NCBI GenBank assembly: GCA_964016885.1
Contig: CAXHJY010001460.1
Coordinates: 1 to 42,577, forward strand
Source: Eledone cirrhosa
Taxonomy: Eukaryota
DNA length: 42,577 nt
Direction: 5' to 3'
The notes under the pieces are model-generated. The model saw nothing but the letters and a program-made list of their open reading frames with translations. It had not been told where the DNA came from and did no database searches. Position numbers and translations under genes: made by a program. This document shows, piece by piece, positions 36,776 to 42,577 of this stretch. Numbering within the stretch: position 1 is the stretch's first letter; each line of letters begins with the position of its first letter.

Positions 36776-37087
36776 CTATATTCCTTGTTATAATCTCACC
36801 ATAAATTATAGTTTATTTGTTTTATATCAAAAGATGGGATCTGTGTACAGCTAACAGGTGTATTAAAAGTGTCAATTTCTTTTCTTTGTGAAATATATTG
36901 CTTTACTCCCCTCCACGTATTGAGTTCAGTTTCAGATTAGGTTTCGATCTTGTAAAACATAAAGCACCAAATGTTTGACAATATATGCACTATAATAGGT
37001 GTGTATGTATGTATATATGTATGTATATGTATATATGAATGTATATATATATAAATGTATATTTATATATATATGTACACATATATG

Positions 37088-37128
<41 letters not shown>

Positions 37129-37247
37129 CAACAATATGACCCTTCCCAAGTATAACAATAATCTGTTATTTAATATATATACATATATATACATATATAT
37201 GTATATATATGTATATATATATATACATATGTGTGTATCTACGTGTC

Positions 37248-37289
<42 letters not shown>

Positions 37290-37572
37290 TACACATATAT
37301 GCATGTATGTGCATATGTAATGAATGAGTCAGTACATTCTACGCAAACAAGACAAACTAAAATGTACTCAATACAAAGTGGTGTCAGTTGTTTCTATCTA
37401 ATCGATACTAAGCCAACATACTCTAGGTTCCATTACGTATTGTACATATATACGAAAGAACATATTGTACATATATATATATATATGTGTGTGTGTGTGC
37501 GTGTATAGTGGTGAAACACTGGAAGGTAATATCCGTAGTGCTAAAGCACTAAACTCCATTGGACGCGTTATG

Positions 37573-37713
37573 TAGAACTGGTTACACAACAGTTAGTTCA
37601 CCATACCGAGAACAATTATTTCACCTTAGCGGATCCTCAGCTCGTAAACGAGCTGAAGATCCGCTAAGGTGAAACAACTGTATGGTGAACTAACTGTTAT
37701 GTAACTACTTCTA
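37573..37713. mobile_element. Fold-back PLE-like end (family E) with a hammerhead core in each arm
   Basis: Plus strand: cgag CUGAAGA ucc gcuaa ggu GAAA caacug UA. Minus strand: cgag CUGAGGA ucc gcuaa ggu GAAA uaauug UU cucg. Confidence 0.75.
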
Positions 37714-37740
37714 AATATATATAGTGATGTGAGAAAAACC

Positions 37741-37833
37741 GCAGAAGAACTGCGAAACCGGTAAAGGAACCAAATAAATATATATATTTTTTTAAATAAG
37801 ACTCCAGTTGCATTTTCGATTTCATCTTTTTTT

Positions 37834-37838
<5 letters not shown>
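37741..37838 (+). mobile_element. Second copy of the 8075-8313 family (hammerhead 3' half plus tail)
   Basis: GCAGAAGAACTGC GAAA CCGG TA AAGGAACCAAATAAA...GACTCCAGTTGCATTTTCGATTTCATC. Confidence 0.85.
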
Positions 37839-37913
<75 letters not shown>

Positions 37914-37993
37914 TACATATATTTATATATATTTATATTTATATATGTATATATATATTTATATTTATATATATATATGTATATATATATTTA

Positions 37994-38035
<42 letters not shown>

Positions 38036-38200
38036 TTTATATATATTTATATTTATATATGTATATATATATTTATATTTATATATATATTTATATATAT
38101 ATTTATATATATATATTTATATATATATATATATTTTATATATATATATTTATATATTTATATATATATATTTATATATTTATATATATATTTATATATT

Positions 38201-38252
<52 letters not shown>

Positions 38253-38286
38253 AAGGAAAGGCACAGAAACAAAGAAAGGAATCCCC

Positions 38287-38331
38287 AGTCACTGAAGAGG
38301 TCACAGAGTGTGTGACGAAAGGACTATGATT
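38287..38331 (+). ncRNA. Minimal type I hammerhead ribozyme with an extra nucleotide after A9 (family D-like)
   Basis: aguca CUGAAGA g gucaca gagug ugugac GAAA ggac UA ugauu. The island ends (about 38471-38494) with the same terminus as 12344-12370. Confidence 0.75.
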
Positions 38332-38492
38332 ATATATAAACAACTATCTGGTTGTGGAACCAACCAACCAACCAGAAATTTATAAATTTGTAGATTTGTA
38401 AATTTATAAATTTATAAATATATAATAAATTGAAGTGAAACAACTGGTGCGTGTGTTTCTTATTGGCAACATGACCCTCCCAAAGTATAACA

Positions 38493-42015
<3,523 letters not shown>

Positions 42016-42134
42016 GCAGAGTCATTATATCGTTGGATCATTGTTCCAGGTGTCAATCATCGTTTTCTGAGTTCAAATCCTGCCGAGGTCTACTTTGTCT
42101 TTTAATTCGGCGTCAATAAATAAAGTAGTACCAG
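42016..42134 (+). mobile_element. Degenerate tRNA-derived SINE, 5' and core portion
   Basis: B-box-like GAGTTCAAATCC followed by TGCCGAGGTCTACTTTGTCTTT...TAAAGTAGTACCAG. Confidence 0.7.
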
Positions 42135-42334
42135 CCCTGCGTTCGTGCTGACCCTTTTCTGTCTGCCTGTTTGTCACCCTCACACACATTCTCTCTCTAT
42201 CCTCTCTCTCTCTCCCTCTCTCTCCTCAACTATTATATATATATAGGCACCTATAGAGACCCTTGTCGAAACCATGGGGTATGTTACCAAGTCATACTCT
42301 AGTGTGAGTGATGGCTGTTCCCTTCACAGTGATA

Positions 42335-42473
42335 GAGAGGGAGATAGAAGGAAAGAGAATCAGAGACAAAGCGAAAGAGAGAGAGACAGTGAGGGAGAGA
42401 GAGAGGGTGGAAGAGAGAGATAGATAGATAGATAGAGAGGCAGGCAGTGAGAGAGAGAGAGATAGTGAGAGAT

Positions 42474-42510
<37 letters not shown>
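42335..42510. repeat. (GA)n / (GATA)n low-complexity tract
   Basis: Direct reading of the sequence. Confidence 0.92.
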
Positions 42511-42513
<3 letters not shown>

Positions 42514-42577
42514 AATGAAATTACGGCATAAAAATGCCATTTGTTATGTTTGACAGACTGTTCCGCTTAATTTAGCC

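Overview
This is eukaryotic, non-genic DNA, probably from an octopus or other coleoid cephalopod; that call rests on my recollection of octopus SINE and LINE tails, not on a search. Roughly three quarters of the window is interrupted (TA)n microsatellite, and almost all listed ORFs are Ile/Tyr-repeat artefacts. No intact gene is visible. Real coding remnants are two 5'-truncated CR1-clade LINE ORF2 ends (15706-16470 and 20244-21023, minus), a Tx1/L1-like ORF2 end inserted twice at one (ATT)n target (22031-22897), and a Penelope-like element (PLE) GIY-YIG C-terminal fragment (5532-5726). The main hidden signal is in the short unique islands between the TA arrays. Most are fold-back (inverted-repeat) PLE ends, and they carry about ten recognisable minimal type I hammerhead ribozymes (CUGANGA / stem II / GAAA / short palindromic stem III / UH) from at least six sequence families. 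Paralogous copies show compensatory stem II changes and recurrent non-canonical features: an extra nucleotide after A9, a U-U pair at 10.1-11.1, and a Y-C mismatch at stem II position 4. All folds were read by eye, and no activity is demonstrated.
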